Assembly (NCBI GenBank): GCA_963816145.1 | Contig: CAWFJP010000030.1 | Span: 96,001 to 160,000 of the forward strand | Source: an uncultured delta proteobacterium | GTDB lineage: Bacteria > Desulfobacterota > Binatia > UBA9968 | Reading direction: 5' to 3' | DNA length: 64,000 nt | Part shown: in pieces, positions 43,201 through 56,083 of the stretch | How positions within the stretch are numbered: the first letter of the stretch is position 1 | How the letters are laid out: each line of letters starts with the position of its first letter | Translations under genes and position numbers: made by a program | The notes under the pieces: model-generated | The model's database searches: none | What the model was told of the DNA's origin: nothing | The model's input: only the letters and a program-made list of their open reading frames with translations

Positions 43201-43562
43201 TGCTGATCGGAGGTGTGATTGAGCACCAACTCGGTGATCACCCGCAGCCCGCGGCGGTGCGCTTCACGCATGAACAGTTTAAAATCCTTGAGCGTGCCAT
43301 AGTCCGGATGGATCTCGGTGTAGCCTGCGATATCGTAGCCGTCGTCGCGCAAAGGTGATGGATAAAAAGGCAAGAGCCAGAGCGCCGTGACGCCGAGATC
43401 GCTAAGATAGTCGAGCCTGCCGGTCAAACCCTTGAAATCGCCGATGCCGTCGGCGTTCCCGTCGGCGAACGCGCGCACGTGCAGCTCATAAATCACCGCG
43501 TCCTTGTACCAGAGCGGATTGTCGCCCAACGCAACCGTGGCCGTGTTTTTTTCCCGGTGCAT
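40215..43562 (-). CDS. treS: Trehalose synthase fused to maltokinase (TreS-Mak/Pep2)
   Basis: [29 protein letters not shown], then [20 protein letters not shown] and IDFEGEP. Confidence 0.95.
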   Translation of the reverse strand: MHREKNTATVALGDNPLWYKDAVIYELHVRAFADGNADGIGDFKGLTGRLDYLSDLGVTALWLLPFYPSPLRDDGYDIAGYTEIHPDYGTLKDFKLFMREAHRRGLRVITELVLNHTSDQHPWFQRSRRAAPGSKEREFYVWSDTQDKYQEARIIFKDFETSNWAWDPVAKAYYWHRFYTHQPDLNFANPELKQALFDVVDFWLGLGVDGLRLDAVPYLFEREGTTCENLPETHLFLKELRRHVDRTFRDRMLLAEANQWPEEAVTYFGDGDECHMAFHFPVMPRIFMALHMEDRFPIVDILDQTPAIPDNCQWTLFLRNHDELTLEMVTDEDRDYMYKVYATDPKARLNLGIRRRLAPLLGNNRRKIELLNALLFSLAGTPVLYYGDEIGMGDNIYLGDRNGVRTPMQWSTDRNAGFSQANPQRLFLPIIIDPENHYEAVNVEAQQQNLSSILWWTKRLITLRKRFHAFGRGTTEFLNPNNRRVLVFIRRLESEVILTVANLSRFVQCVELDFSPFKGKVPVELFGQTEFPPIGDLPYFITLGPHGFYWFKLETPRGAAGTLLDGQAPVIEIAGVWDQLINGNATPALEKILPRYLYNRRWFGGKARKIRAAKIVEAIAVPLDSTRAYFVAVELNYSDGDPETYLVPMAFAAGERAAELCQFHSEAVVAQIKATAAGAGGDGIVYDAAFDRRFADALLDAVSRRRTFRGQSSEILAVPSKCFRSLKERSDSKLEPALTNKEQSNTSIRYGERFILKIFRRLYQGVNPDLEIGRFITERTAYRNTPPLAGSLEFRKNSNGIATVGILQAWVSNEGDAWNYTLDHLTDYFEVCVASSAKPDELSWASAPVLDNRSQEVPPLAREMIGPFLASASLLGQRTGELHIALASDHQDPDFAPEPFTHFYRRSLYQSLRAATDRALTLLGERLTSLPEETRAGALMLLPLKNTIIERFRDAVDRKITAMRIRCHGDYHLGQLLYTGKDFVIIDFEGEPARPLAERRAKRSALVDVAAMLRSIDYAAIFALKTGEYRPEDRPGLVAWAQFWVHWVSTSFLDSYLKSANCGGFLPASNDEVKILLDLCTLQKAIYELTYELNSRPDWVDAPIRGMLDILQAPL

Positions 43563-43567
43563 GATCC

Positions 43568-45577
43568 TCAGCTGAAATAGTCGAAGTCCTGCTCACGTCG
43601 CACGCGCCGGCGCAAGCGAAAAATATGAGCCGGACAGGAGCGTGGATCGAGCTCAATGTAATTGCTCGTCCCTTGCCAGAGAAAACGCGCGCCAGTCAGC
43701 TGATCATGCGCCTGATAAGATGCGTCGCCGCCGAAGCCCAAAGCCTCGAGGTCGAGGGAAAGCCAGCCGGATTGAACGTGATGCGGATCGAGGTTGACCG
43801 CGACAACAACAACATTCATGCGGTCGCCACTCTGTTTCGAGTAGCAAATGATCTGTTCGTTATCGATGTCGTGAAACGACAAACCTGAGTTACTTTGCAG
43901 CGCGGGGTTTTCCCGGCGAATCCGGTTCACCCGGGCGATGAACTCTTTCAGACTGTCGGCATTCCCGCTGTGCCAATTTTGGATCTGGTATTTTTCCGAG
44001 TCGAGATACTCCTCGCTGCCGGGCTCCCGTGCTCGGTCCACGCAGAGCTCGAAGGCCGGCCCGTAAACTCCGTAATTTGCCCCCAGCGTGGCCGCTAAAA
44101 CTAATCGCGTCATGAACGCCGGCCGGCCGCCAAACTGTAAATACTCGGTTAGGATATCCGGCGTGTTCGGCCACAGGCTCGGACGGAAATATTCGCGCAC
44201 CTCGGATTTGGTGAGCTCGCGAAAATACTGAATCAGCTCCCGTTTGGTGTTGCGCCAGGCGAAATAGGTATAGGATTGGCTGAAGCCCAGTTTCGCCAGA
44301 CGGTACATCACCTTGGGACGGGTAAACGCCTCGGCGAGAAAAATCGTCTCGGCATGATCCTTCTTTACTTCGGTGATCAACCATTGCCAAAACGGCAAGG
44401 GCTTGGTGTGCGGATTATCGACGCGAAATATGCGAATGCCCTGCTCGATCCAGAAATCCACCACACTCTTCAGTTCGTGCCATAATTCCTGCCACCCCTC
44501 GGTGGTGAAATCGAACGGGTAGATGTCTTGATATTTCTTTGGCGGATTTTCGGCAAATTGGATCGTCCGATCCGGGCGACGGCGGAACCACTCAAGATTT
44601 TGCGTTACGTACGGATGGTCGGGGCTGCATTGAAAAGCCAGATCGAGGGCGACCTCGATGCCGTATTCGTTCGCTTTCCTGACCAGTCGCTTGAAATCAT
44701 CGAGGGTGCCAAGCTCCGGGTGAATCGACTTGTGACCGCCTTCCTGAGCGCCGATCGCCCACGGGCTGCCCGGATCATCGGTACCGGCGTCGTTAGCATT
44801 GTTCTTTCCCCTGCGTTGAGTGTGCCCGATGGGATGAATTGGCGGTAGATAAAGAGTGTCAAAGCCCATCACCGCAATGTGCGGCAAGCAGCGTTCGCAA
44901 TCCGTGAAACTGCCATGACGCCCGGGTTCTGGCGAACAGGAGCGCGGAAACATTTCGTACCAGGAACTGAAACGAGCTTTGTCGCGCTCGACCACGACGA
45001 CCAACTCCTTGGCGTAACGGGTGGCGAAACGTCGCTCGGGATACTTTTCTAACAAACCGGCCAAATCACTGCAGAGCGCGCGCTTGAGTTTATCCGCCAA
45101 ACCAAGGTTTTTCGCCCGCAGCATCTGCGCGTATTCTCTAAGTTCCTTTACCTCGGTGCCGGCAGCCCGTTGGCTCGCCGCTTCGACAAGAATCGCGCCC
45201 GCTGCCAAATCCACCTCGGTGTGCTGCTCCACCTCGACTTTTTTCTGCAAGTCGCGGCGCCAGGATTTGAAAGGGTCGACGTAGGCCGTAAGAGTATACA
45301 TGTAGCGACCAAGCTCAGTAACAACGAAGGCGCCTCGCCAGCGGTCGTTGACGATAAGTTCCATTGGCGCTTGGCACCATTGGTCGTCCGGTTCACGGCG
45401 AAACATCAGCGCGCAGGAAATGACTTCGTGGCCGTCGCCAAAAACATCGGCCTCGACCGCCACTGTTTCACCCGGCGTGCGTTTGATGGGAAACAGGCCG
45501 CCGTCAATTTCCGGTTCGACACCCTCGATAACGACACGGCTTCTTCCTTGATCAAAAGTGCTCGAAACTTGCCGCAC
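43568..45577 (-). CDS. glgE: Alpha-1,4-glucan:maltose-1-phosphate maltosyltransferase
   Basis: [30 protein letters not shown] and PNTPDIL. GTG start after GGAGGA. Confidence 0.93.
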   Translation of the reverse strand: MRQVSSTFDQGRSRVVIEGVEPEIDGGLFPIKRTPGETVAVEADVFGDGHEVISCALMFRREPDDQWCQAPMELIVNDRWRGAFVVTELGRYMYTLTAYVDPFKSWRRDLQKKVEVEQHTEVDLAAGAILVEAASQRAAGTEVKELREYAQMLRAKNLGLADKLKRALCSDLAGLLEKYPERRFATRYAKELVVVVERDKARFSSWYEMFPRSCSPEPGRHGSFTDCERCLPHIAVMGFDTLYLPPIHPIGHTQRRGKNNANDAGTDDPGSPWAIGAQEGGHKSIHPELGTLDDFKRLVRKANEYGIEVALDLAFQCSPDHPYVTQNLEWFRRRPDRTIQFAENPPKKYQDIYPFDFTTEGWQELWHELKSVVDFWIEQGIRIFRVDNPHTKPLPFWQWLITEVKKDHAETIFLAEAFTRPKVMYRLAKLGFSQSYTYFAWRNTKRELIQYFRELTKSEVREYFRPSLWPNTPDILTEYLQFGGRPAFMTRLVLAATLGANYGVYGPAFELCVDRAREPGSEEYLDSEKYQIQNWHSGNADSLKEFIARVNRIRRENPALQSNSGLSFHDIDNEQIICYSKQSGDRMNVVVVAVNLDPHHVQSGWLSLDLEALGFGGDASYQAHDQLTGARFLWQGTSNYIELDPRSCPAHIFRLRRRVRREQDFDYFS

Positions 45578-48422
45578 TCGTGCGTTCCTCCTGAAGAACC
45601 GGTTCATCCATCGCACCGGTGCTGAAGAGCAGCGCGACGGGGAACTCTTTGAGCGCCACTTGTAACGGTAAAACTTTCCCCGTCCCGACGGCCAACGCTT
45701 CCGTGTGTCTACCGGTGACAATATTGACCCACTGAGCCGGCGCGTCCTTCGGCAGGTGAACCGCCGTGGAGCGCCAGAAAACGCCGCCCAGCGGCACGGC
45801 ACCGTTGAAAACCGCCGCACCGATCAGGCGCGGCGTCACAGCCACCGCCCAAGCTGATCCCGAGCGCCGGGCGAAGGCGCACACTCGATCGCCAAGTTCA
45901 CCCGAAACATCGAGCGGTAGATAGTCACCGTCGATCATGATCTCGGGGTACGCACGGCGAAAATTGTTTAGTTTATAGGTTAGGTAGAATTTGATCCGCC
46001 CGTCGTGCCAATTTTGACGCAAATCGCGCAGCAACTCCGGGCGGTCTTCTGTTTCGGAATGCTTGAGATTGTCAAGCAGCTGCGCTCGCTTAGCAAAATC
46101 AACTTGCCGCCGGTTGTCGGGATCGACGAAGCTTAAGTCCCACAGCTCGGTCCCTTGATAGAAATCCGCTACACCCGGAACCGTGATCTTAAGCAGAGTC
46201 TGGCCGAGTGAATTATACATGCCGCAGTGAGCAATCTTTTTTGCGACGGGCGCGAACTGGGAAAGAAACCGGTTGCTATCCGCGGGGACGAGCAGCGAGG
46301 TGACGAAATTGGTAAAAGCCTGTTCGTAAGCCAAGTCAGGCTTGAGCCATTCGGTGTGCATCTTAGCCTCGCGCACCGCTTTCACCAGATAGGCGCACAA
46401 GCGCGGTAAAAACTCCGTATGTCCAGTCTCCGAGACGGGATAGGATCCGATCAGTGTCTGATAAAGAAAATGCTCATCGTTGCGGTCCGGTGCCTCTTGG
46501 CCCTTAATTTTGATCTTCTTCCCGTGGTTAATTTTGCTCCAAGCCTTCAGACACTCATCCCACTGGTCCGGAATTTCGGAGAGCACGTTGATTCTTGCCC
46601 GCGCATCTTCGCCCCGTTTAGTGTCGTGGGTCGCAGTCGTGTTCATAGCATGGGGCCAACGCTCTTTACGCCGCTGGATAAAGTCATGAAACTCATCGAC
46701 GTCCACGCCGAATCGATCCGGATCGCCGCCCACTTCGTTTAGCGATAGGAGGCGGTTGTAAACATACATCGTGGTGTCTTCAAAACCTTTCGCCATGAGC
46801 GGACCGGTGAGCTGCTGGAAGCGCATTACAAAGTGGGTCCAACGGGCTTTTTCTTCCGCGCTCAAATGCGCGGCAAAATCGAGAAGCAAGAAGCGTTCGA
46901 TAAAATTCAGTTCAAGCAGCAAACCTGCGTTGGCTTCCTTGGCCCGCGCGATGGCGGTGCCGAGCTCGCAACGGTCCTGAGCGCTGAAACTGTCGGCGCT
47001 GACATAACTGCGGTAGACCGGGAAGAACGTCAGCACCTCCACCAACGCGCGTTTAAGGCCGTAGAGCGTGATGTCGGCAGCGTGACGGTTGCGGCTCGAC
47101 ACGCTTTTCAGAAGATAAGCCAGGCCCTCGATGTCGCCGGCCATATATTTGCCGATAATCAGCCGCTTTTTGTCGCTCATCAGCGCCGAGCAGGAGTCTT
47201 CCAAGCCGGTGAAACGGCTATAAATCTGGCTAAACCGACGGCGCTGTTGGCGCGCACAAAACATTCCGCTGACGAAGTTGAGAAATTCATAACCGGTGGT
47301 TCCTTCGATCGGCCATTGACCCGGCAGCTCCTCCTCGAAACCTAAAATTTTCTCAACGATCAAGTAGATTTCACCGGCCTCGCGCCGCAGTCTTTGGAGA
47401 TAACCGAGCGGATCGTAGAGACCGTCAACGTGATCGACTCTAAGGCCGGTGAACCGGCCCTCGCGCGCCAGCTTGACCGCGAGCGCGTGGGTGTGGCGAA
47501 ATACCTTTTCTTCCTCGACTCTAAGAGAAATCAACTCGTTGATGTTGAAAAATCTCCGGTAATCGAGCTCTTCGGCGGCGACTTTCCAAAACGACAGCCG
47601 ATACCATTGCTGCGCCAACAAGCTGTCGAGTAAATTGAAAGTCTCAGGCTTACCCGGTACGCCGTTGAAGCGATTGACGTTGCTGTCGATAAACTCCTGA
47701 ATCTCGCCGTTATGGCAGTAGAGTTCCCAGAGCATCTGTTTGATAAAGACGATTTGATCGGCCCGTTCGCCGCTTTCCTCTTTTGGTGCGATATTCTTAA
47801 GCGCGTACAGCACGCCGAGGAGCTTGATGAAATCAAGATCGCCGGCGCCGCACCTTTTGCGCAAGCGCGCCAGATTGTGCGTCAGGACATCGCCGTAGGA
47901 CTCGATGCTCAGCGGAAACCTCATCTCATGGTAGCGGATACCGATGCCGTTCTGGCCGAAGTAAAGCGAAATCTCTCCCTTCTCCAAACAATCGCCGTAG
48001 AATTCGCCGAGAAACGGCGCAAGAATCTTAGCTTTCAGGTTTTCGTAGGGGTGGTTCCAATCGATGTCGAAGTAATCCTTGAACCGCGATGCTTCGCCGT
48101 TTTCGAGGACATCCATGAGCATATGGTTTTGCCCGTCATAGGCCATATGGTTGGGCACGATGTCCTGCAACCAACCCAAGTCGTGGCGGCACGCTTGATC
48201 GATCAGCGACGCGAATTCTTGTTCGCTGCCGAGCTCGGGATTGAGACGGTTGGGATCGACGATATCGTAGCCATGCATGCTGCCGGAGCGCGCGTGAAAG
48301 ATCGGCGACGCGTAAATATCACTGACCCCTAGTTCGCGCAGATACGCGACCGCCGCCTCTGCGTCGGCAAAGCCGAACTCTCGGTTGAACTGCAACCGGT
48401 AGGTTGTCGCCGGAATTTTCAT
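45552..48422 (-). CDS. treY: Malto-oligosyltrehalose synthase
   Basis: [34 protein letters not shown] and [10 protein letters not shown]. Confidence 0.95.
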   Translation of the reverse strand: MKIPATTYRLQFNREFGFADAEAAVAYLRELGVSDIYASPIFHARSGSMHGYDIVDPNRLNPELGSEQEFASLIDQACRHDLGWLQDIVPNHMAYDGQNHMLMDVLENGEASRFKDYFDIDWNHPYENLKAKILAPFLGEFYGDCLEKGEISLYFGQNGIGIRYHEMRFPLSIESYGDVLTHNLARLRKRCGAGDLDFIKLLGVLYALKNIAPKEESGERADQIVFIKQMLWELYCHNGEIQEFIDSNVNRFNGVPGKPETFNLLDSLLAQQWYRLSFWKVAAEELDYRRFFNINELISLRVEEEKVFRHTHALAVKLAREGRFTGLRVDHVDGLYDPLGYLQRLRREAGEIYLIVEKILGFEEELPGQWPIEGTTGYEFLNFVSGMFCARQQRRRFSQIYSRFTGLEDSCSALMSDKKRLIIGKYMAGDIEGLAYLLKSVSSRNRHAADITLYGLKRALVEVLTFFPVYRSYVSADSFSAQDRCELGTAIARAKEANAGLLLELNFIERFLLLDFAAHLSAEEKARWTHFVMRFQQLTGPLMAKGFEDTTMYVYNRLLSLNEVGGDPDRFGVDVDEFHDFIQRRKERWPHAMNTTATHDTKRGEDARARINVLSEIPDQWDECLKAWSKINHGKKIKIKGQEAPDRNDEHFLYQTLIGSYPVSETGHTEFLPRLCAYLVKAVREAKMHTEWLKPDLAYEQAFTNFVTSLLVPADSNRFLSQFAPVAKKIAHCGMYNSLGQTLLKITVPGVADFYQGTELWDLSFVDPDNRRQVDFAKRAQLLDNLKHSETEDRPELLRDLRQNWHDGRIKFYLTYKLNNFRRAYPEIMIDGDYLPLDVSGELGDRVCAFARRSGSAWAVAVTPRLIGAAVFNGAVPLGGVFWRSTAVHLPKDAPAQWVNIVTGRHTEALAVGTGKVLPLQVALKEFPVALLFSTGAMDEPVLQEERTSAASFEHF

Positions 48423-50629
48423 AGTAGTGTCCGCTCGGCTTCCATAGCGCGTAGGCTGCCGCGCGCCGCGAAGACGTCCTGTCGTTTATCTTCGCGGGCT
48501 TCGACATGCTTCGGTAGCCGCAGCAAGGCTAGGGACCGGGCATTGAGCTCGTAAACCTCACCGCCACGCATCTGCCGGGGCTTTTTCCGAATGGATTTTG
48601 GATCGTAGGTGTCGAGAATCGATTCCCAACGAACCTTGCGCCGGTGCGCGGGTAAGACGAAGGGAATCGTCTCGTGATGGGCGTTTAACAGAATCAGTAG
48701 TGTGTCGTCGACGATCGGATTGCCGCGTTCATCGGATTCTTCGATGGCGTCGCCCGCGAGGCGGAGCCCGAAACAACGGTTTTCCGCATCGTTCCATTCC
48801 TCATCGGTCATCTCTTTGCCGTCAGGCCGAAACCAAACTAGATCTTTGACTTCTGATCCACGAATCCGCCACCCTTGAAAAAAATGGCGCCGCCGCAGCA
48901 CCGGATGGGCATGCACCAACCGGATGAGATGGCTGGTAAATTCCAGCAGCTCCCGGCGCGTCCGATCGAGTTTCCAATCAATCCACGAAACTCCGTTGTC
49001 CTGGCAATAGGCGTTATTATTGCCCTTCTGAGTGCGCCCTATTTCATCGCCAGCCAATAGCATCGGCACGCCTTGAGACAACAGCAGCGTCGCGAGAAAA
49101 TTTCTTTTTTGCCTTTCGCGCAGCGCGAGCAACTGAATATCATCGGTCTCCCCTTCGGCGCCGCAATTCCAACTGAGATTTTCACTGTGGCCGTCGCGGT
49201 TTTCCTCGCCGTTGGCTTCATTATGCTTGTCGTTATAGCTGACCAAATCCTGCAGCGTGAAGCCGTCGTGGGCGGTGACAAAATTGATGCTGGCGTAGGG
49301 CAGCCGGCCGTTGTGGGCGTATAAGTCGCTCGATCCCGTAAGACGAAAGCCGAGCCCTGCAACTTGTCCACCGTCGCCTTTCCAAAAGCGCCGCACGGTG
49401 TCGCGGTACGTCGCATTCCATTCCGCCCATAGCACAGGAAAATTGCCGACCTGGTAGCCGCCTGGTCCCAGGTCCCAAGGCTCGGCAATCAGTTTCACTT
49501 GAGAGATCACCGGATCCTGCTGAATAATGTCGAAGAAGGCGCCCAAGCGGTCGACGTCGTGGAGCTCCCGCGCCAACGTCGCTGCTAGATCAAAACGAAA
49601 TCCATCAACGTGCATCTCCAACACCCAGTAGCGCAGGCTATCCATGATCATCTGAAGCACTCGCGGATGAGTCATATCTAGGGTATTGCCGCAACCGGTG
49701 TAGTCCATATAGTAACGCCGGTCATTCTCCACTAAGCGGTAGTAAGACGCGTTGTCGATACCGCGGAAGCACAGCGTCGGACCGAGGTGATTGCCCTCGC
49801 CGGTGTGGTTATAGACTACGTCCAAGATCACTTCGATGCCTTCGCGGTGCAACGCGCGCACCATGCTTTTGAACTCCGCCACTTGCTCGCCGGCGGTACC
49901 GCAGCAGGCATAGCGCGTCTCCGGCGCGAAGAAACCGATCGAGTTATAGCCCCAATAGTTGGTTAGACCGCTGTCTTCCAAATGCTTGTCCGCGACAAAT
50001 TGATGCACCGGCATCAACTCCACCGCGGTGATGCCGAGAGACTTGAGATAACTGATCACCGGCGGATGAGCGAGGGATGCGTAAGTGCCGCGTAATTCCG
50101 GCGGCACCGCCGGATGGCGCTTGGTGAAGCCTTTCACATGCAGTTCATAGATGATGGTCTTGTGCCAGGGTGTCGCCGGCGGCGTGTCGTTGCCCCAACT
50201 AAAGGCAGGGTCGATGACAACGCATTTCGCCGCTCCCGCCGCGCTATCCTTTCCGTCACGTGATAGATCCTGATCCGGATGGCCGACGGCATAACCGAAA
50301 AGATCGTCGCTCCACTGAACATCTCCGGTAAACGCTTTGGCGTACGGGTCCAAAAGTAATTTCGCCGCATTGAATCGATGGCCCTGACTCGGCTCGTAGG
50401 GGCCGTCAACGCGATAGCCATAAAACTGTCCCGGACGCGCTTCGGGAAGGTAGACATGCCAAACCTGATGGGTCTGTTCTTTCATTGTCACGCGCAATTC
50501 AGCGCCCTTCGTGTCGAACAAACAGAGCTCGACCTGGGTCGCGTTTTCGGAGAAAAGCGAAAAATTTACGCCGGCGCCGTCCCAGGTCGCGCCCAGCGGA
50601 TAAGGTTTTCCCGGCCAAATTTTCATCAT
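48419..50629 (-). CDS. glgX: Glycogen debranching enzyme
   Basis: PYPLGA, NYWGY, DVVYNH, GFRFDLA and [10 protein letters not shown]. Confidence 0.95.
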   Translation of the reverse strand: MMKIWPGKPYPLGATWDGAGVNFSLFSENATQVELCLFDTKGAELRVTMKEQTHQVWHVYLPEARPGQFYGYRVDGPYEPSQGHRFNAAKLLLDPYAKAFTGDVQWSDDLFGYAVGHPDQDLSRDGKDSAAGAAKCVVIDPAFSWGNDTPPATPWHKTIIYELHVKGFTKRHPAVPPELRGTYASLAHPPVISYLKSLGITAVELMPVHQFVADKHLEDSGLTNYWGYNSIGFFAPETRYACCGTAGEQVAEFKSMVRALHREGIEVILDVVYNHTGEGNHLGPTLCFRGIDNASYYRLVENDRRYYMDYTGCGNTLDMTHPRVLQMIMDSLRYWVLEMHVDGFRFDLAATLARELHDVDRLGAFFDIIQQDPVISQVKLIAEPWDLGPGGYQVGNFPVLWAEWNATYRDTVRRFWKGDGGQVAGLGFRLTGSSDLYAHNGRLPYASINFVTAHDGFTLQDLVSYNDKHNEANGEENRDGHSENLSWNCGAEGETDDIQLLALRERQKRNFLATLLLSQGVPMLLAGDEIGRTQKGNNNAYCQDNGVSWIDWKLDRTRRELLEFTSHLIRLVHAHPVLRRRHFFQGWRIRGSEVKDLVWFRPDGKEMTDEEWNDAENRCFGLRLAGDAIEESDERGNPIVDDTLLILLNAHHETIPFVLPAHRRKVRWESILDTYDPKSIRKKPRQMRGGEVYELNARSLALLRLPKHVEAREDKRQDVFAARGSLRAMEAERTLL

Positions 50630-50646
50630 CTTCCCTACAATCGGAA

Positions 50647-52585
50647 CTAAATTGGGCCCTGCCCTTCCTTGTCGCGGACGAATAGCGCGCACGATTTCGC
50701 CGCGAGCGTGAAACCATTTTCCCCTACGGTGTCGAACTCCTGTGGCGACAAGCTGCCCGCGCCGCGCCAGGTTTGATCCGCGGAATCGACGATCTTGCGC
50801 CAATGGCCGCGCAGAAGCGAAACCGTTACCGTCGCTGCCGCTTCGCCTAGATTCGCCATCAACAACGTCCTGTCATCCGCGCGCCAACGATGCACTGCCA
50901 GCACCCTATCGCTTTCAAAGCCAATCACGTCCAATTCGCTTTTCTCGGCGGTACCGAGAGTTGGAATTGTTTTTCTTAGTGCGATCAGTTGGCGATAATA
51001 TTTCAGGAGAACCATATGCTCACCGGCATTGCGCAGCTCATGATCGAGTTTGGCGCGCAAAAAATTTTTACCTTCCTGAGGATTGGGAACTTCGCCCTGC
51101 CATTGAAAGCCGGAAAACTCCGACTCGCGGCCGCGCCGAACTGCTTCGATCAGCCCGGTATCCGAGTGACTGACGAAATAGGGGAACGGCGACTTCTCGC
51201 CGTACTCTTCTCCCATGAAGAGCATGGGAATAAACGGCGAAAGAATGACCAGACCGGCGGCAAGTTTTAGGTCTTCGAAAGCCACGGTTTGGCTCAACCG
51301 GTCGCCAAGCATGCGGTTGCCCACCTGATCATGGTTCTGCGCAAACACGACGAAGCGTTCGGCCGGAATATCGCTCGAAGAGTTACCATGGCGGCGCCGG
51401 CGAAAGCGCGAATACTCCCCGGAATAGGCGAATCCGTCGCGGTAGGCTTTGACAAATTGAGCGAATCCGCCGTAGTCCTCGTAGTAGCCACTGTGCTCGC
51501 CGGTGAGAAGAGCACGAAGGCAGTGATGGAAGTCATCGTTCCATTGCGCGTCAAGGCCGTAACCACCCTGCTCGCGCGGGCGAATAAGGCGGGCATCGTT
51601 GTCGGCGCTTTCAGCGATCAGAAACATCTGCCTTTTGAGCCGCTCCGCGGTGCAATGAACTTGGCTGCTGAGATCTTCGAGAAAAGTTGTCGGTGCACGG
51701 TCGAGTATCGCGTGCACGGCATCTACGCGCAGCGCGTCGATGTGAAACTCCGTGAGCCAATACAAGGCGTTTTGAATGAAGTAAGTCCTAACTTCGTCGC
51801 TGAACGGGCCGTCGAAATTCAGCGCCGGTCCCCATGGGGTTTGATAGCGATCGGTAAAATAAGGACCGAAGTCGGCGAGATAATTTCCCTCCGGTCCGAG
51901 ATGGTTGTAGACGACGTCGAGAATGACCGCGAGCCCGCGCTGGTGACAGACATTGACGAGCTGTTTCAAGCCTGGCGGTCCGCCGTAAGAGTTTTGCACT
52001 GCAAACGGAAACACCCCGTCGTATCCCCAGTTGCGCCCGCCGGGGAACTGCGCTACCGGCATGAGTTCGATCGCCGTGACGCCAAGCTGGATCAGATATT
52101 CAAGGTAGGCAATGACTGCAGCGAAACTGCCCGTCGGCGTGAAAGTGCCGACGTGCAGCTCGTAAATGATGTAATCTTTAAGCGGCAGCCCGGACCAGCC
52201 CTTGTCGTCCCAACGAAACTTGCCGTCGACTACTTGCGACGGACCGTGAACACCGTCGGGCTGAAAACGCGACGCCGGGTCTGCGCGCTCGGTTTGCGGT
52301 TTCAATTGGTACAAATAAAGATCGCCGGGTTTAACTCCCTGCCACTTTCGCTTCGTGATAACCGCGCTCGGTTTCTTGCATCGGCACGATCCGATTGGTT
52401 CCGAGTAGCCGGACATTGAGCGGCGCCAGATTAGGTGCCCAGACTCGAAACTGGCAAATTGATCCGTCCAAGATGCTCGCTCCGAGCGCTTCTCCTTGGT
52501 CTTGCGTCAGGGTGTGCTCTGCCAATTCCCCGGCTGCCATCGCTGTCGCATCCACACATCTGTTGTTACGTCTCGATTTTGTCAT
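50647..52585 (-). CDS. treZ: Malto-oligosyltrehalose trehalohydrolase with one frameshift near 52338
   Basis: ATGA overlap with glgB. FRVWAP lies in one frame; [22 protein letters not shown] and QNHDQVGNR lie in another. Confidence 0.9.
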
Positions 52586-54585
52586 GGGGACACGCCTCTG
52601 AAGCTGCTGGGTGGGTCCGCCGAGGTAAGAAACAAAACCGCCAATGGCGGTAAGGTCAGGCATAGCGAGTACCGCCGGCCCTGACAGCCAACCGGTCCGG
52701 CTTCCACACCGCCCAGGTTACCCACGCCGCTGCCGCCGTATTCCTTCGCATCGCTATTGAGTATTTCGCTCCAAAGCCCGTCGCGCGGCGCGCCGACCCG
52801 GTAATTACTGCGAACCACCGGCGTGAAATTACAAACCACTAAGACAGTCGCGTGGTCATGCCGCCCAATGCGCAGCAGGCTTACGACGCTGGCATCGGCG
52901 TCGCTGCAGTCGATCCACGCGAATCCTGCCGGATCGAAATCCAGTTCATGGAGCGCCCCATGGTCGCGGTAGCACTGGTTGAGATCGCCGACCCATTTCT
53001 GCACTCCGGCGTGAAGCGGCATTTCGAGCAGTTCCCAGTCGAGACTTTGATCATGCCTCCACTCGCGTTGCTGGCCGAACTCGCCGCCCATGAACAAGAG
53101 TTTTTTTCCCGGCTGCGCGTACATATAGCCGAGCAGCAATCTTAGATTGGCAAAACGCTGCCATTCGTCGCCGGGCATCTTGTTCAACAGCGAGCGTTTC
53201 CCGTACACCACTTCGTCGTGGGAAAGCGGCAGAATAAAATTTTCTTGAAAGGAGTAAAGCAGTCTAAAGGTCAGGCGCTGATGATGATATTTGCGGTTGA
53301 TCGGATTCTGGCAAAAATACTCCAGGGTATCGTGCATCCAACCCATGTCCCATTTAAGACCGAATCCTAATCCGCCGTTGTCTACTGGACGGGACACCAG
53401 CGGCCACGCCGTGGACTCCTCTGCAATGGTCTGAACATCGGGATAGTTTTCATACACGGTGGCGTTTAGCTGCTTGATAAACTCGATCGCTTCAAGATTT
53501 TCCCTACCGCCGTAGCGATTGGCCACCCACTCACCGTTCCGCCGCGCGTAATCGAGATAAAGCATCGACGCCACGGCGTCGACGCGCAAACCGTCGACGT
53601 GGTACTTGTCGAGCCAAAACAGCGCGTTGCTGACCAAATAACTGCGCACTTCATGGCGCCCGTAGTTAAAACTCCGACTATTCCATTCCGGTTGAATGCC
53701 TTGGCGCGGATCGGCATGGTCAAAAACATGACTGCCGTCAAAATAGGCCAGTCCATGCGCGTCGCCTGGGAAATGGGACGGCACCCAATCGAAGATCACA
53801 CCGATGTTGTTTTGATGCAGCGTGTCGATGAGAAACATTAGATCCTGCGGCGTGCCGTAGTTGGCCGACGGAGCGAAATAACCGGTGATTTGATAGCCCC
53901 ACGAACCGAAAAACGGATGGTCCATCAGCGGCAAGAATTCTACGTGGGTGAACCCCATGCGCTGCATATATTCGGCGAGAACCGGCGCCATCTCACGGTA
54001 GGATAGCGAGCGATTACCTTCGCTGCCGATGCGCCGCCAGGAGCCTAAATGAATCTCGTAGATAGAAATTGGCGCCGATAGCGAATTGCGCGAGCCTCGC
54101 TTGGCCATCCACGCCTTATCGCCCCAGGAATAATTGAGATCCCAGACGATCGATGCGCTCCGCGGCGGGATCTCATTGAAGATGGAAAAAGGATCGGCCT
54201 TTTCCAGCCGCTGATTCATGAAGCGCGAATGGATGAAATATTTGTAGAGCGCGCCCCGATCGACGCCGGCAACGAAGCCTTCCCAGATGCCCGAATTTCC
54301 GCGCGGGTGAAGCTCATCGGTTTCCTTGTCCCAATCGTTGAAACTGCCGGTCACAAAAACTCGCTCGGCGTCTGGCGCCCACACCGCGAAATAGGTTCCT
54401 TGGACTCCTTCGCGGACCCACTCGTGAGCGCCGAGTTTATTGTAAGCCCGCGAATGACTACCTTGGTTGAAAAGATACAGATCGTCATCGGTGAGTGGGC
54501 GGAAGCCAGAGCCAGAGCACATGCCGCTCCGCTCCTTGGCCGCCGCATAGGAATCTGCATTCCTGTCCAGAGTTTCGCTAATCAT
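52582..54585 (-). CDS. glgB: 1,4-alpha-glucan branching enzyme
   Basis: FAVWAP, SWGYQ, DWVPSHF, LRVDAVASM and LSHDEVV. Confidence 0.95.
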   Translation of the reverse strand: MISETLDRNADSYAAAKERSGMCSGSGFRPLTDDDLYLFNQGSHSRAYNKLGAHEWVREGVQGTYFAVWAPDAERVFVTGSFNDWDKETDELHPRGNSGIWEGFVAGVDRGALYKYFIHSRFMNQRLEKADPFSIFNEIPPRSASIVWDLNYSWGDKAWMAKRGSRNSLSAPISIYEIHLGSWRRIGSEGNRSLSYREMAPVLAEYMQRMGFTHVEFLPLMDHPFFGSWGYQITGYFAPSANYGTPQDLMFLIDTLHQNNIGVIFDWVPSHFPGDAHGLAYFDGSHVFDHADPRQGIQPEWNSRSFNYGRHEVRSYLVSNALFWLDKYHVDGLRVDAVASMLYLDYARRNGEWVANRYGGRENLEAIEFIKQLNATVYENYPDVQTIAEESTAWPLVSRPVDNGGLGFGLKWDMGWMHDTLEYFCQNPINRKYHHQRLTFRLLYSFQENFILPLSHDEVVYGKRSLLNKMPGDEWQRFANLRLLLGYMYAQPGKKLLFMGGEFGQQREWRHDQSLDWELLEMPLHAGVQKWVGDLNQCYRDHGALHELDFDPAGFAWIDCSDADASVVSLLRIGRHDHATVLVVCNFTPVVRSNYRVGAPRDGLWSEILNSDAKEYGGSGVGNLGGVEAGPVGCQGRRYSLCLTLPPLAVLFLTSADPPSSFRGVSP

Positions 54586-54592
54586 GGCGTTT

Positions 54593-55894
54593 TCACAACT
54601 CCGCTAGGTATGGGTGTGGTGTTTCGCGGACGAGAGAAGATCCGGCGATACTCAAACTGCCGCGCTGGACGACAACGATATCGTCGTCGGATACAAAATA
54701 ACGCTCGCGATCTTGCTCGAAGTTTGTCCCGATCTCGGTACCAGCCGGAATTGCGTTATGCTTATCGATAATCGCCCGGCGAATCCGGCATCCCCGACCG
54801 ATCTCCACCCGGTCCATAATGATCGAATCTTCGATAAGGGAGTAGCTATTGATCCGCACGTTGCGGCCGATAACCGATCCGCGCACCAGACTGCCGCTGA
54901 TGATGGTGCCTTCGCCGACGATGGAATTGACTGATACGCCGCGCCGGCCGTTCTCGTCGAAAACAAATTTTGCCGGTGGATTATCATAAGCTACGGTGCG
55001 TATAGGCCAGCTCTGATTATAAAGATTAAACGACGGCGCCACCGACCGCAGGTCCATATTGGCCTCGTAGTAGGCCGAGAGCGTGCCGACATCACGCCAA
55101 TAGCTTGGCTCTTCGCTCCGCGAAGTAATGGGAATTCGGTTCTTGCGAAAATCGTAGGCGAACACCTTGGTCTTATTTAGCAGCGTCGGAATGACGTCGC
55201 CGCCAAAGTCCTGGCTCGCGGCCGTTGGCCCCGTTCCCCCGCTCAACGCGTCGCAGAGAACCCGGCTATTGAACAAATAATTGCCCATAGAGCCCAAAGC
55301 ATACTCCGCCTCGCTGGGAATTCGCTTCGGTTCACTCGGCTTTTCCTCGAAGCCGATGATGCGCCAGTCGCGATCGATTTGAATGACACCCAGGCTTCCG
55401 GTCGCGTCCTCGGCTTTTACCGGAAGCGCGGCCACCGTAACTTCCGCCTGCTTAGCCCGATGCTCCGCAATCATCTGGGCTACGTTCATCCGGTAGATAT
55501 GATCGGCGCTGAAGACCGCAACGAGGTCGGGTTTATCTCGCTCGATGAGGTGCTTGTTCTGGTAAACAGCGTCGGCAGTACCGCTGTACCAACCGTCGCC
55601 CGTGCGCATCTGAGCGGGAACCGCTTTTACGAAACGATCCTGCAACAAATCGGAGAGGCGCCAACCCGCCTCCAGATGATCGATGAGCGATTGCGATTTA
55701 AATTGCGTGAGCACATAGATTCGGCGGATGCCAGAATTGACAAAGTTGGAAAGGACAAAATCGATAATGCGGTATTTCCCACCAAAGGGAACAGCTGGTT
55801 TGGCGCGGTCATTGGTCAGTGGGAAAAGCCTCTCTCCTCGTCCACCTGCCAGGACGATGCCAAGAACATTGTCGTTGTTTCGCTCTTTTTCCAT
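54593..55894 (-). CDS. glgC: Glucose-1-phosphate adenylyltransferase
   Basis: LAGGRGERL, RAKPAVPFGGKYR, GTADAVYQN and YWRDVGT. Confidence 0.95.
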   Translation of the reverse strand: MEKERNNDNVLGIVLAGGRGERLFPLTNDRAKPAVPFGGKYRIIDFVLSNFVNSGIRRIYVLTQFKSQSLIDHLEAGWRLSDLLQDRFVKAVPAQMRTGDGWYSGTADAVYQNKHLIERDKPDLVAVFSADHIYRMNVAQMIAEHRAKQAEVTVAALPVKAEDATGSLGVIQIDRDWRIIGFEEKPSEPKRIPSEAEYALGSMGNYLFNSRVLCDALSGGTGPTAASQDFGGDVIPTLLNKTKVFAYDFRKNRIPITSRSEEPSYWRDVGTLSAYYEANMDLRSVAPSFNLYNQSWPIRTVAYDNPPAKFVFDENGRRGVSVNSIVGEGTIISGSLVRGSVIGRNVRINSYSLIEDSIIMDRVEIGRGCRIRRAIIDKHNAIPAGTEIGTNFEQDRERYFVSDDDIVVVQRGSLSIAGSSLVRETPHPYLAEL

Positions 55895-56067
55895 TGTTTT
55901 GTTGCCTGCGAGCACGTCGGCTTTCTCGCTCCATAGCCACGCTGATGGCTGCAGAATTGAGGGTTGAACAGGTTCTCAACTACGCGCCATTAGCGCGGTC
56001 GCGGGATTTCGAAAATTGCCGTGACCATCTGGAACCACCAATCCAACACAAAGTAATCCCTGACAGG

Positions 56068-56083
56068 CGCAAGAAAGATACCA
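56068..56083 (-). promoter_or_regulatory. Sigma-54 promoter TGGTATCTTTCTTGCG for the glg/tre operon
   Basis: GG-N10-GC spacing. Tandem UAS-like sites at 56155-56173 and 56174-56192. Confidence 0.65.

Noticed and set aside
45578-45820. Long N-terminal extensions given by the ORF track for glgE (also glgX, the 14740 start and the 4583 start)
   Set aside because: They overlap upstream genes or lack homology; downstream starts fit the families better, in some cases with a clear RBS.
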